In this document: piece by piece, positions 9,155-18,181 of the stretch | Position numbering within the stretch: the stretch's first letter is position 1 | Layout: each line of letters starts with the position of its first letter | Virus record (IMG/VR): IMGVR_UViG_3300048893_000087 | Coordinates: 1 to 44,613 of that record | Length of the DNA: 44,613 nt | From: a virus | Taxonomy: Duplodnaviria; Caudoviricetes | Reading direction: 5' to 3' (one strand) | The notes under the pieces: generated by a model | What the model was told of the DNA's origin: nothing | The model's database searches: none | What the model saw: only the letters and a program-made list of their open reading frames with translations | Position numbers and translations under genes: made by a program

Positions 9155-10060
9155 TCACGCGCCCGTGTTGCCCAGGACCGCGCGCCAGTCGGCAGTGCCG
9201 GCGATGAAGCGCATGGTTGCCTTGGCCTTGGCGTTCTCGGTGTCGAAATCATTGTCTTTCGACAGGGTGACTTCGCGGCGCCAGAACGACACCAGTCCGT
9301 TGGGAACGTCCGTCTGGACATACCAGCTGTCGGTGTCAGTCAGGTACTTCGAGACCACGACGTCGGGAACGATGCCCATCGCGTTGAGCGCGTTGATATC
9401 GTTGTTGTTGGTCCCGGAGCGCAGCACCGAATTCAACACCCGGGTAACCGTGAAGGCGTCCTCGGGGTTGATGATGATGCGCTTGACGCCGCCGTTGATC
9501 GGGAAGCCCCGACTGTTCTGGAGCCGCCAGACAGCCTTGGTCGCGTCCTCCATCGCCGTTTCGGAGAAATCCGCAGCGGTGAGGAGGTTGGACTGAGTGC
9601 CGGTCATCGTCGGGTGTGATGCCGAGAAGAGCGGCTGCCCATCGCCGATCGGATAGTTGGAGTCGAAGCCGCGGTTGAAGACGTTCGCGTGAACAAACTC
9701 AGCCGTGGTGCGCATCGACCATGCGAGGTTGGCCGCGCGGGATTGCGAGACCTCCTCGTACTGGTTGTCCTCGAGCTCTTCTTCCGTGACGATGTACCCA
9801 AGCCCGTAAACGACGTGCTGGAAGATCGCCACATAGCCTTCAGCATCCGAATCGTACTGGATCGGCGCTGCCTCGGTCTTCGTCGGCGCAAGGCCGAACG
9901 TGGTCGCCTCTGGCATGCGCTCCTGGTACTTGGTGGAGCCCATCTTCTCGAAGTACTTCGACCATGTGGCCGGCTCCTTCTCGTAGTTGAGGCCGAACCA
10001 CTTCTTGACACCGGGCCAGAGAGCGTCGGGGTGCGCTGAGCGCGTGATAATGCCAACCAT
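9155..10060 (-). CDS. Major capsid protein
   Basis: 301 aa; LWPGVKKWFG, GDGQPLFSASHP, YLTDTDSWY, DFDTENAKAKATMRF typical of this capsid family; good SD. Confidence 0.85.
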   Translation of the reverse strand: MVGIITRSAHPDALWPGVKKWFGLNYEKEPATWSKYFEKMGSTKYQERMPEATTFGLAPTKTEAAPIQYDSDAEGYVAIFQHVVYGLGYIVTEEELEDNQYEEVSQSRAANLAWSMRTTAEFVHANVFNRGFDSNYPIGDGQPLFSASHPTMTGTQSNLLTAADFSETAMEDATKAVWRLQNSRGFPINGGVKRIIINPEDAFTVTRVLNSVLRSGTNNNDINALNAMGIVPDVVVSKYLTDTDSWYVQTDVPNGLVSFWRREVTLSKDNDFDTENAKAKATMRFIAGTADWRAVLGNTGA

Positions 10061-10074
10061 TTCTCAGATCCCCC

Positions 10075-10662
10075 TTAAACGCCGAGCGAGCCGGCAGCGC
10101 CGGTTTCGGTCGGAAGGTTGTTGGCAACGAGCCATTTGGCCGTGGTGCCGATGACGTTGTCGGGGCGCTGCACCAGTCCGATGATGCGCATCTGCAACGT
10201 GTTCGTGGTGGCGGCAGTCGAGCTGTCGATCATCCAGCCGGAAAGGCCGGTGTAGCTGTTGCCGTTGCCCGCAATCAGGCTGATGTTCTGCCCGATGTTG
10301 GTGGCGGCGAGCGAACCGCCCACGCCGTCTTCCTGCGCCTCAAAGAGCAAATCCGGCTCATCGGCGACGAGGATGTATTCGGCCGTTGAGGCGGCACGAT
10401 ACTTGGGTGGAATGAGCGTGTTGTTGCCGCCCGGGCGGATGCCGACCATGACGCCAGTGATGCGACCGGAAGCCGCAGTGGCGAGGGTGACAGTCGGATT
10501 GCCCGCTGCATCGCCGTCGCCTGCGATAATCACCGGATCACCGGGATAGATCGCAGTCGCGTCCGTTGCCGGGACATAATAGGTTCGGGCTGCCCCCATA
10601 TAGGGAGAGCCGTTGCGGTAGCGGCGGGGAACAAGCCCCATCGGCGCATTCGAGTTTGCCAT
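10075..10662 (-). CDS. Capsid decoration/cement protein
   Basis: MANSNAPMGLVP...AIYPGDPV; directly upstream of the capsid gene. Confidence 0.65.
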   Translation of the reverse strand: MANSNAPMGLVPRRYRNGSPYMGAARTYYVPATDATAIYPGDPVIIAGDGDAAGNPTVTLATAASGRITGVMVGIRPGGNNTLIPPKYRAASTAEYILVADEPDLLFEAQEDGVGGSLAATNIGQNISLIAGNGNSYTGLSGWMIDSSTAATTNTLQMRIIGLVQRPDNVIGTTAKWLVANNLPTETGAAGSLGV

Positions 10663-10687
10663 CGTTCAACCCCTTGAGGGGCTGAAA

Positions 10688-11194
10688 TCAGAGCCCCCGT
10701 TCGCGTGAGATTTTGTTGCCTTCGGGCACGTAGGATGTGCCTGGCTGGCGGCGATCATCGGGGTCGGTTTTCGCGCCGCGTTCGATTGCCTTGTCTCGAT
10801 CATCGAGCATGTTAGCCTTCGCGCGCTGGTCGTCGTCGTACCAATCCCGGTACTTCTCCATCAGGACGAGCTTGCCTTCGGAATCGCGCGCCTCGGGAAC
10901 GGGATCGACGCCGGGAGTTACGTCCCAATCGTCGGATTGCATGGCCTGCTGGCGGCCTGCTGCATCCCGGACCCAACGATAGGTTTTACCCTCGCGGTCC
11001 AAACGCTCTTTGACTTCTGGAGGTATCGACAGGGCCATCCGCCCCATCCGGTCTAGGTCGCCATCATCGCGACGGCGGCGCTCTCTGCGCGTCTCTTCAG
11101 CGTGTGCCGAGAGAGCCTGAGGGGCCGGGGTTGCTTCCACCGGCTGTCCGGGCGCCTGTGCGGCCGGCTTGCGAGTATATTGGCCTCTCGGCAT
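10688..11194 (-). CDS. Conserved hypothetical head-region protein
   Basis: GKTYRWVRD...LVLMEKYRDWYDDDQ; start chosen at MPRGQY. Confidence 0.6.
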   Translation of the reverse strand: MPRGQYTRKPAAQAPGQPVEATPAPQALSAHAEETRRERRRRDDGDLDRMGRMALSIPPEVKERLDREGKTYRWVRDAAGRQQAMQSDDWDVTPGVDPVPEARDSEGKLVLMEKYRDWYDDDQRAKANMLDDRDKAIERGAKTDPDDRRQPGTSYVPEGNKISRERGL

Positions 11195-11244
11195 TCGCGT
11201 GATCCTTCTATTCCTGTTCGGTGCGATCGTCAACTGCCTAAAAA

Positions 11245-12051
11245 TCAGGCATTGGCGTTGGCGAAATAGTCCTTGGCGTAGTCGGCGAGCGAGTCTTCCA
11301 CCTTGGCGCCGAACCGCTGCTTGTAGAGGTCCGCGTATCGCTGGGCGGCCTGTTTCGCCTCTGCCGGCAAGTCAGCAAACGTCTTGGCCGCAGGTCTGCC
11401 CACAGCGCGCGAGGAAGGTGCGTTCACGCCCGGTTGGGGCTTCGGTGCCGGTCGGTCCTCGAATAGCTCGGGGAAGCGCTTCCTGACGCCTGCGCTCGCC
11501 GCCTCAAGCTGAGCCTGTACCGATGCGCCCTTGGCTGCCTCGCGCTGTGAAATAGCGACAGCGTAGGCGGTTGCGTCTTCGTCCTTGCCGTACCACGGAT
11601 TGTCGCGAGCGAAATCTGCATCAGCACCCTTGGATGGCGCCTGCGTCTCGCGCTCAAGCTCGCGCATCTCCTTGGCGGCTTCTGCAGCCGTCTTCGCGTC
11701 GCCGGCCTTCACGGCGTCGGTAAAGCGCCCGTTGATTTCCTCGGCTTGTCGTCTCAGCGCCCGTTCGGTCTGCTTGCTGCTCGTTTCCGCGAGGCGTTCG
11801 ATCTTGTCATTGAGGTTGCGGATGGTGGACTTCATCGTCCGCGCAAACTCGCGCTCGGCAAGAACATAGTCCTTGGCTGGCTTCCAACGCTCAGGCGCGC
11901 CAGTGTATTCCTTTGCCGGCTTCCAGCCCATCTCCTGGGCGAGCTGTTCGACCTCGGATAGCTGGGCGGCCTCGCCTGCGTCGTTTGCGGGCGGCGTGAC
12001 TACGCCATCGTCTTGCGCGCCGTCATCAGCGGCGATTGCTGCGGTTGCCAT
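11245..12051 (-). CDS. Capsid scaffolding protein (putative)
   Basis: AQEMGWKP motif, coiled coil, NPWY; located between portal and capsid genes. Confidence 0.65.
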   Translation of the reverse strand: MATAAIAADDGAQDDGVVTPPANDAGEAAQLSEVEQLAQEMGWKPAKEYTGAPERWKPAKDYVLAEREFARTMKSTIRNLNDKIERLAETSSKQTERALRRQAEEINGRFTDAVKAGDAKTAAEAAKEMRELERETQAPSKGADADFARDNPWYGKDEDATAYAVAISQREAAKGASVQAQLEAASAGVRKRFPELFEDRPAPKPQPGVNAPSSRAVGRPAAKTFADLPAEAKQAAQRYADLYKQRFGAKVEDSLADYAKDYFANANA

Positions 12052-12389
12052 TATGCGGCCTCCTCATCGAGAATGACCGCAACATCGCGGTCCTGGATCA
12101 CCCGGGCCATCTTCCCGTCCGCAAGCTGGATCTTGAAGCCGGCGAGCTTGGCGAAAATCACGGCGTCGCCCGCAACTGGCTCTTCACCGGCATAATCCGC
12201 GGCGGTGAATGCGGCGGGCCCAATGGACACGACGCGACCGCGCTGCTGCACGATCTCCTCTTTGTCCTTCACGCTGTCGGGGATGAAGATCGCGCCCTTT
12301 TTCTCTTCGGCAGGCTCGGGAACTACGATCAGGTTCCACCCCGTTGCCCGCATACCAAGGCGGCACTCTTCCAGTTTCGGTATCGCCAT
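12051..12389 (-). CDS. GroES-like co-chaperonin
   Basis: EEKKGAIFIPDSVKDK, GRVVSIGP, GDAVIFAKLAG, IQDRDVAVIL match the Cpn10 pattern. Confidence 0.85.
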   Translation of the reverse strand: MAIPKLEECRLGMRATGWNLIVVPEPAEEKKGAIFIPDSVKDKEEIVQQRGRVVSIGPAAFTAADYAGEEPVAGDAVIFAKLAGFKIQLADGKMARVIQDRDVAVILDEEAA

Positions 12390-12399
12390 CTATCGGCTC

Positions 12400-12648
12400 C
12401 TATTCGGCTAAGGGCTGCTCGCCCAAAACCTCGCAAAATCGTTCGTATCCAGTCTCAGACAGGGCTTGGTACGCCGCTTCCTGGGTCCGGAGCTCCAGCA
12501 GCAATTCCGGGCTGCTCACCCCCCGGCCCCATGACGCCTCCAGCCAAGCCGTCTTCTGCGCCTCCGCTGTCAGGCTGAGCGCCCGGAAGACCCATTTGGT
12601 CACCGGATGCTCCCGCCATGTCTGGAAGTCCTCCTTCGATACCGGCAT
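12400..12648 (-). CDS. Hypothetical protein overlapping the portal 3' end
   Basis: SKEDFQTWREHPVTKWVF; SD (GGAGG) upstream. Confidence 0.65.
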   Translation of the reverse strand: MPVSKEDFQTWREHPVTKWVFRALSLTAEAQKTAWLEASWGRGVSSPELLLELRTQEAAYQALSETGYERFCEVLGEQPLAE

Positions 12649-14638
12649 CTGCGCCGCCTCCTTCTGATTCGCCGAGCTGGTGGCCTACTTCGGCACCCTT
12701 CGCGGCGGTTTGGGCTTTGTAATAATCGGCTTGGGCGAGGTTCTTTGCCGTTTCCGATTGCGTTTTCTGGAGCTCGGCGACTGCGGCCGGAGGTGGTGGC
12801 GCCCCGGGATCGGGGAAATATTTGTCGATATCCTCGACGTCCAACGCCTCAAGCGCCGTGCGATCGATTTCCATGTCGTTGAGGCCCTGCCCACGGAACC
12901 CGAGCAGTGCTTGAGCCTTCGCGACACGCTGCATCTTCGTGACGCTCGACGGGTCGGCGAATGGCTTCACGTCCATGTCGGCTTCGGAGAAGTCCTTGGC
13001 GAAATCCGCGTCTGGATCGTCCAGAACCTTGTCGTAATCCGCCGCGACCGTCTCGCCGCCGTATTTGCCCAAATTCTCGTAGACTAGGCCAAACTCTTCG
13101 CCGAGAGAGCGGTAAACGCGCTTGTAGATCGCGGTGAAGACCGTCAGGCCCTGCTCAATCAGAGCTAGCGTTGTGCCCACCTGTCCGTTGTTGCTGCCCT
13201 CGCCGGTAATGATATCCTTGACCGACGAAATGTCCTTTGCGGCACCCAAAATGAGCTCCAGCAGCTGAAACATGATAGGTGAGGCACCCGGGAAGGTGCG
13301 CTCGTAGATGCCGTCCCTGAGCGCTTGGCCGCTGACGTTGACCGTCTTGTATTCACCGGGCTGCCACCGCAGCGTGTTGTTCTGTCCATTGCCCTGCAGC
13401 CGCACACCAGAGCCAAGGAAACCACCGCCCGCGATCTGCGCATGGCCGGCATCGAACATCTGGTTGATGGTCGTGTCGATCACATCGCCAAGCTGGTTCA
13501 ACAGATGGCCGAAACCGATATCGTAGAAATGCCCCTTCGGATTGGGCAGGAAGCCATACTTGATATAGAACCTGCCACGCTTGATCTCGGTCGGCGTGCC
13601 CTGCTCATCCACCTTCACGTCATCGGGCGAGAAATTCGCCTCGATCTTCATGACCGTTGACGTCTCGTGATCGACGGTGACGATATACGGCTCGTCCAGC
13701 CCGTCCTTGTCGAGGTCGATCAAGCGGTGTTGCTCGAGGAACAACCGCGGCGCCTCTTCATCCTCGCCAACCTGCGGGAGTTCTACCGTGCGGTATTCCT
13801 TCGAGGCCATGCGCTGGCGGATCTGATACGGATAGACGTCCGCCATGCGCTCAGTGATGCGCGGGGTCGTCTTCAGGCTCTTGGCTGCGATCGGAACGAC
13901 AAGGTCCAGCGCCGGCACATAGGCCGCGCACTGTTTGCCGTTCGCCCACCAGAGCTTGCGGAAGCCACAGCCGACGATCGCCATCTGATACAGCATGACG
14001 TCGGTGTCTTCTTCCCAATCGTCCATACGGTATTCGACATAGATGTTGAGATAGTCGGACACGCGATCGGCGCGCTTGGTCTTGGCGCCAGGCTCGATCT
14101 CCCACACCGGGACCATGGGCGGGCCGCCATTGTGGCCGATGGGCGGCGTACCGTTCATGCCTGGCTGCGTTGGCGCTGGCATAGCTGCGGCGGGCTGTGC
14201 ATTCGGGTCCGGCTGCATCATGGGCTTGCCGTCAGGCCCCTTCTGCGCTCTGCCCTTGTCCTTGCCGATGACGCGAACCCGCACGATCGCACCAGACTTG
14301 CAAATCGCTGGATAAGCGCGGGCGTTGAACTGCTGTGCCGCAACGGTCAGGATGGGGAAGTTGACGTGGCTCAGGCGATAGGCCGGCACGCCGTCTTCGA
14401 GCTGTCGCTTGCCTTGCGCCGCATCTTCGAGCGCCTTGGTAACGACGACTTCCCACTCGCCACGGTCGGACAGGTCGCGGTCATAGTCGCGCACGACGTC
14501 CGCACCGAGCTTGGTCAGTTCATCCTCTTCCAATAGGTCGCTGATATCGCCGTGACGCAGCGCTACGGCCTCCAGGAACGACTGCGGCGCGTCTGGCTGC
14601 GGCTGGGGATCTTCGGGGATGATGGGCTGGCTGGCCAT
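12455..14638 (-). CDS. Portal protein
   Basis: 727 aa; PILTVAAQQFNARAYP, GCGFRKLWW, TTLALIEQGLTVFTAIYKRVYRSL. Confidence 0.85.
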   Translation of the reverse strand: MASQPIIPEDPQPQPDAPQSFLEAVALRHGDISDLLEEDELTKLGADVVRDYDRDLSDRGEWEVVVTKALEDAAQGKRQLEDGVPAYRLSHVNFPILTVAAQQFNARAYPAICKSGAIVRVRVIGKDKGRAQKGPDGKPMMQPDPNAQPAAAMPAPTQPGMNGTPPIGHNGGPPMVPVWEIEPGAKTKRADRVSDYLNIYVEYRMDDWEEDTDVMLYQMAIVGCGFRKLWWANGKQCAAYVPALDLVVPIAAKSLKTTPRITERMADVYPYQIRQRMASKEYRTVELPQVGEDEEAPRLFLEQHRLIDLDKDGLDEPYIVTVDHETSTVMKIEANFSPDDVKVDEQGTPTEIKRGRFYIKYGFLPNPKGHFYDIGFGHLLNQLGDVIDTTINQMFDAGHAQIAGGGFLGSGVRLQGNGQNNTLRWQPGEYKTVNVSGQALRDGIYERTFPGASPIMFQLLELILGAAKDISSVKDIITGEGSNNGQVGTTLALIEQGLTVFTAIYKRVYRSLGEEFGLVYENLGKYGGETVAADYDKVLDDPDADFAKDFSEADMDVKPFADPSSVTKMQRVAKAQALLGFRGQGLNDMEIDRTALEALDVEDIDKYFPDPGAPPPPAAVAELQKTQSETAKNLAQADYYKAQTAAKGAEVGHQLGESEGGGADAGIEGGLPDMAGASGDQMGLPGAQPDSGGAEDGLAGGVMGPGGEQPGIAAGAPDPGSGVPSPV

Positions 14639-14934
14639 CAGTCTTCGAACCCGTTGGCGCGGTTGACGATGGAACGGGCTGCGTCGTTGGTGATGAGGAC
14701 TTCGCGGATGACCTCCTTGACCATCCCGACGAACGCGTAGCGGTTGAACGGGCAGTCATCGCCCACAGTCGCCGCAGACGATGTGCGGCCGTTCTTGTGC
14801 GTCGCCACGATTGCGTAAGCGACGATATCGCTGTCATCGTCTACGGCAAAGCGCGCGCCATCTAGCAGCTGCATACCAAGCCCGCCCGCGACACGTGCCG
14901 GCTCGATGCTGCGAAGAGGCGCGCGCTCCCCCAT
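14638..14934 (-). CDS. Hypothetical protein
   Basis: Translationally coupled to neighbouring genes. Confidence 0.6.
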   Translation of the reverse strand: MGERAPLRSIEPARVAGGLGMQLLDGARFAVDDDSDIVAYAIVATHKNGRTSSAATVGDDCPFNRYAFVGMVKEVIREVLITNDAARSIVNRANGFED

Positions 14935-15221
14935 CAGATACCGGCCGCGCCACCCTGGCCGTGGAAATAGCCGCGCTCGGGATCATCCTTGCTCTTGGCG
15001 TCGTCGCGGTTCTGCTCGAGCGTTTCAGCCGCATCGACGTTTGCGGTCTGCTCAGGGTCGGTCGGGTCGCTGTGCTTGCCAGCGATTTCGTTGATCTTGG
15101 CATCGGTCAGCTTGGCGGGGTTCGGCACCTGCGCCAGCTTCGTGCCTTCACCGTCTGCGGGCTTGTCGGGTGCGGCCTTCGTGGTGGCCGGCGTGTTGGT
15201 CTTATTCGTCTTGTTCGTCAT
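14934..15221 (-). CDS. Hypothetical disordered protein
   Basis: SD GGAG; coupled to the next gene. Confidence 0.6.
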   Translation of the reverse strand: MTNKTNKTNTPATTKAAPDKPADGEGTKLAQVPNPAKLTDAKINEIAGKHSDPTDPEQTANVDAAETLEQNRDDAKSKDDPERGYFHGQGGAAGI

Positions 15222-15253
15222 GGCTTGTCTCCGAGCTTCCCCGCTCGGTGACT

Positions 15254-15287
15254 TATCTAGCCATGAAAACCGCTCCCGTAAGTTAGC
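15254..15287 (-). promoter_or_regulatory. Putative late promoter (GCTAACT-N21-TAGATA)
   Basis: Same architecture as 17941-17975. Confidence 0.35.
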
Positions 15288-15296
15288 TTAAATCGG

Positions 15297-15452
15297 TTAC
15301 CGTGGAATGACCGCAACCGTTGTCCTGCAGTGTGGGCAAACAAGGGCCGTAGCGACATAGAACACACGACCGAGATCGCCCACCTCCACCTCTTCTTCGT
15401 AGAGGCGGGGGATAGGTTTCGCGCAGCTTGGGCATTTACCCGTTTTGATCAT
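15297..15452 (-). CDS. Small zinc-ribbon protein (51 aa)
   Basis: MIKTGKCPSCAKP...LVCPHCRTTVAVIPR; two CxxC motifs; below the ORF track cutoff. Confidence 0.6.
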   Translation of the reverse strand: MIKTGKCPSCAKPIPRLYEEEVEVGDLGRVFYVATALVCPHCRTTVAVIPR

Positions 15453-15564
15453 TGGTCTTCTCCAGCTCAGCAATCCGCGCCTCGATCTCGCGGACGTTCT
15501 CCTTGTAGCCCTCCTTGCCCTTGCGAGCAGCGAGCTTGGCTTTCAGCATTTCGAGTTCGGTCAT
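15436..15564 (-). CDS. Small coiled-coil protein (42 aa)
   Basis: MTELEMLKAKLAARKGKEGYKENVREIEARIAELEK; SD GGAGG. Confidence 0.6.
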   Translation of the reverse strand: MTELEMLKAKLAARKGKEGYKENVREIEARIAELEKTNDQNG

Positions 15565-15740
15565 CTCGGATTCCTCCATCGGCGGGGGACAACAAACCCG
15601 CGCTTGGAATTCTTCATAAGGCGGCTTTCAGTGCCGTCTGCTAACCGCACTATCAGCGCCGTTTCGCTAATCTGCTCAATACCAGAAACCAGTTGCGGAA
15701 ATCTGGCTATTTCCGCCAACCCAGGGGCGCGATAGGTCAC
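15561..15740 (-). CDS. Hypothetical protein (59 aa)
   Basis: GTG start overlaps the upstream stop; its stop overlaps the next ATG. Confidence 0.45.
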   Translation of the reverse strand: MTYRAPGLAEIARFPQLVSGIEQISETALIVRLADGTESRLMKNSKRGFVVPRRWRNPR

Positions 15741-16015
15741 TGCACCGTCTCCACGAGCGAAGCGATCTTGCCCTCCGCAACCTTCCGCTCCAGCACGGAC
15801 ATGCCGTAATCCAGGCTCACCACGCGGTCGAGCAGATCCTTGTTTGACTTGCCATCCCAGCGAAAGCCCAGACCATGCGTGCGTCCGCCGATGCGCATCC
15901 GGGCAACGACTTTCAACTCAGTCCCATCCTGCGTCGGCTCCAGCCAGTGCTTGATCGCATAGCCGCGGCTCTTCGCATTCTTCTTCGCGAGGGCGTAGAT
16001 TTCGTCTGTCTTCAT
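15737..16015 (-). CDS. Hypothetical protein
   Basis: ORF immediately after the terminase large subunit. Confidence 0.6.
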   Translation of the reverse strand: MKTDEIYALAKKNAKSRGYAIKHWLEPTQDGTELKVVARMRIGGRTHGLGFRWDGKSNKDLLDRVVSLDYGMSVLERKVAEGKIASLVETVQ

Positions 16016-16018
16016 GGT

Positions 16019-17542
16019 TCAATATCCCGTCGCTGTCTTGTTGCGCGTCGCCGGCCGCTCGTCCTCGACAAACTCCATCGGCCAATCGGCAGGCATCTCG
16101 TCATCGAGGATGCGCGCCAGAGCGTCGAGCATATCATCATGACCACCCACAGGGAACGGCTTGTATTCCTCTTCAACGAACGCCTTTGTCAGATCGACAC
16201 TGCGGCCCTCGTAGTTCGTCTTCTCGAAGCGCTGCGGCATGTAGATGCGCCCACGCTCAAACCACGGGATGAGCCTGCGGATGCGATCATTCTTCGGCAT
16301 CACGCCGCCTAGCTCGATAATCGGAAAACGGTAATTCTCCTGTGACTGGCGGTCGAGGATATGCTCGATATCCGCCATCATACCATAGCGCTCATAGCCC
16401 GTTGCCAGCGGTCGCCAGCGCCTGTGCCAGCCCATCACCAGATCGGCGCGCTGCGTCAGGTTGAGCCGATCGCGAACCATGTCGAGCACGTACATGTTGC
16501 GATCTGAGCCGAGCCCGATCACCCATCCCGACGTGTAGTCGCTATCCTTTTTCTTCGAGCTGGCAGGATCGAACACCATGTAGATGTTGAGGCCCGCGCC
16601 ATTGGGTTGAGCCCAGCGCAACCACTCCTCCTTGAAACCCTGCGCCTCGTCTGCGGTCGGATCTTGCAACATCTGCGCTCCAAATACGAAAGGCCCCATG
16701 TCCCGGCGCTTTTCGGCCAATGCCTGCGGCGTGTGGAACACCGGCTTGCCGTCCACCTTGCCATTATCGGTTGCTGGATAGACACGCGGGGTCACCGTGC
16801 CGCGGTCGATGATCGTCCGGTAGCTGTCGTTGTAGTGATAGCGGGTGCCGATGAACCTGCGCCGGCCACCATGCGCGCCCAGGTTGTAGCTCAGTGCCAG
16901 CGCGTCCGTGGTCTTCGCCATCATCTCGGGCGTGGAAACAGATTCCCGGGTTACGATATCGTCATAGACCAGCAGGTTGTAGTGCTTGGACGTAGGTTGG
17001 CCATCCACCACGCCCCACGCCTCGATTGTCGCCTCTTTCGGGTTGCTCTTGCGCCTGACAACGATCCCGTCATCCTCGGACCACTTGGGCGCTTCCTTGC
17101 GCGGATTCTCCCACAGGATATCTGGAAACCAGCCCTTTAGCGGCGCGTTACCTTCGAACTCGCGCATAATCTGGCGCAGGAAAGCTTTCGCGATCGGTCT
17201 AGTGTGCGATGCCAGCCCTATCGTTATCTCGGGGTTTTTCAGGATATCCTGAACCGTCATCGCGAAAGTGATGATCGTGGATTTGTACCCCTCGCGAAAC
17301 CACAGGTCCAAGTGGTTGTCTGGCGACTGCTGTACCTCGCGGCACCGATCGAACACCCAGTCATTTTCGCAGTCAGGCCGATTGAGCGCGTACCGCAGCA
17401 GAAAAAACAGGTCGTTGCGGCACAGCCAGCGAAACGCCTCAGTGGGTGGTTGCTGCTCTTTCTTCGAGCGCTCCGCTAATCCATGCAAGAGCGTCCGATA
17501 CTGCTCTCGCCTGGTGGGTAACAGTGTGCTCGCCTGTGACAT
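16019..17542 (-). CDS. terL: Terminase large subunit
   Basis: FREGYKST Walker A-like, LLVYDD Walker B, IGTRYH, FDPAS..DSDYT, HDDMLDAL nuclease motifs. Confidence 0.9.
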   Translation of the reverse strand: MSQASTLLPTRREQYRTLLHGLAERSKKEQQPPTEAFRWLCRNDLFFLLRYALNRPDCENDWVFDRCREVQQSPDNHLDLWFREGYKSTIITFAMTVQDILKNPEITIGLASHTRPIAKAFLRQIMREFEGNAPLKGWFPDILWENPRKEAPKWSEDDGIVVRRKSNPKEATIEAWGVVDGQPTSKHYNLLVYDDIVTRESVSTPEMMAKTTDALALSYNLGAHGGRRRFIGTRYHYNDSYRTIIDRGTVTPRVYPATDNGKVDGKPVFHTPQALAEKRRDMGPFVFGAQMLQDPTADEAQGFKEEWLRWAQPNGAGLNIYMVFDPASSKKKDSDYTSGWVIGLGSDRNMYVLDMVRDRLNLTQRADLVMGWHRRWRPLATGYERYGMMADIEHILDRQSQENYRFPIIELGGVMPKNDRIRRLIPWFERGRIYMPQRFEKTNYEGRSVDLTKAFVEEEYKPFPVGGHDDMLDALARILDDEMPADWPMEFVEDERPATRNKTATGY

Positions 17543-17765
17543 CTGCCTCGACTTGTAGCGGGATAATTTTCGGCCAGATCGTTGCGTAGAAAACCTTCAT
17601 GTTGTCCGGGTCGGTCTTCGCCCACTTCACCAGCGCGTCCTTGCCGCCGAGCTCTTCGAACGCCTCGGCAATGGCCTGCTTTGCTAGCTTGGTCGTCTTG
17701 TTGACCGCGCCCTTCGGCCTCCCCTTGCCCGCCTGCTGGCGGAATGCCTCGCTTTTCGCATCCAT
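17439..17765 (-). CDS. terS: Terminase small subunit
   Basis: GKGRPKGAVNKTT motif; upstream of terL. Confidence 0.75.
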   Translation of the reverse strand: MDAKSEAFRQQAGKGRPKGAVNKTTKLAKQAIAEAFEELGGKDALVKWAKTDPDNMKVFYATIWPKIIPLQVEADVTGEHTVTHQARAVSDALAWISGALEERAATTH

Positions 17766-17780
17766 GTCGTATTTTGCGGC

Positions 17781-17918
17781 TCAACCAACCCGAACGGTCG
17801 AAACGGGCTTAGGCCCCTTCGCCATAGCGGTGGTTTTGGGCAGGCCGCGCGCAATCGCGTTCTTGATGCTCGGCGGCATCGGCTTGGTGGTCTGTCCGTT
17901 GATCTTCGCATCGGGCAT
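17781..17918 (-). CDS. Small basic hypothetical protein (45 aa)
   Basis: MPDAKINGQTTKPMPPSIKNAIARG...; strong SD AAAGGAG. Confidence 0.5.
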   Translation of the reverse strand: MPDAKINGQTTKPMPPSIKNAIARGLPKTTAMAKGPKPVSTVRVG

Positions 17919-17940
17919 GGTCTGGGCTCCTTTGGCAGGC

Positions 17941-17975
17941 AATGTAACGGGCGGCCTCACCGGTTTATAGTTAGC
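17941..17975 (-). promoter_or_regulatory. Putative late promoter (GCTAACT-N22-TACATT)
   Basis: AT-rich gap ahead of the packaging genes; motif shared with 15254-15287. Confidence 0.4.
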
Positions 17976-17980
17976 ATAAT

Positions 17981-18181
17981 TCAGGCGGCGAGCTCGTAGC
18001 CTATCGTGAACTTCTGGCCGTTCGCTGCCAGCCCGACCAACTTGATCTGCGCCACTGGCGGGTAGCGCTCGAAATCCATTTCCCGAATTTCGGAAACAGA
18101 GACGATTGACGTACCGGCGTTCTCAGCAGCGCGACGCAATGACCAGCGCGCATTGGCGTCCAACGTGCTCGACTTGGTCAC
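17981..18181 (-). CDS. Hypothetical protein
   Basis: Coupled ORF. Confidence 0.55.
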   Translation of the reverse strand: MTKSSTLDANARWSLRRAAENAGTSIVSVSEIREMDFERYPPVAQIKLVGLAANGQKFTIGYELAA

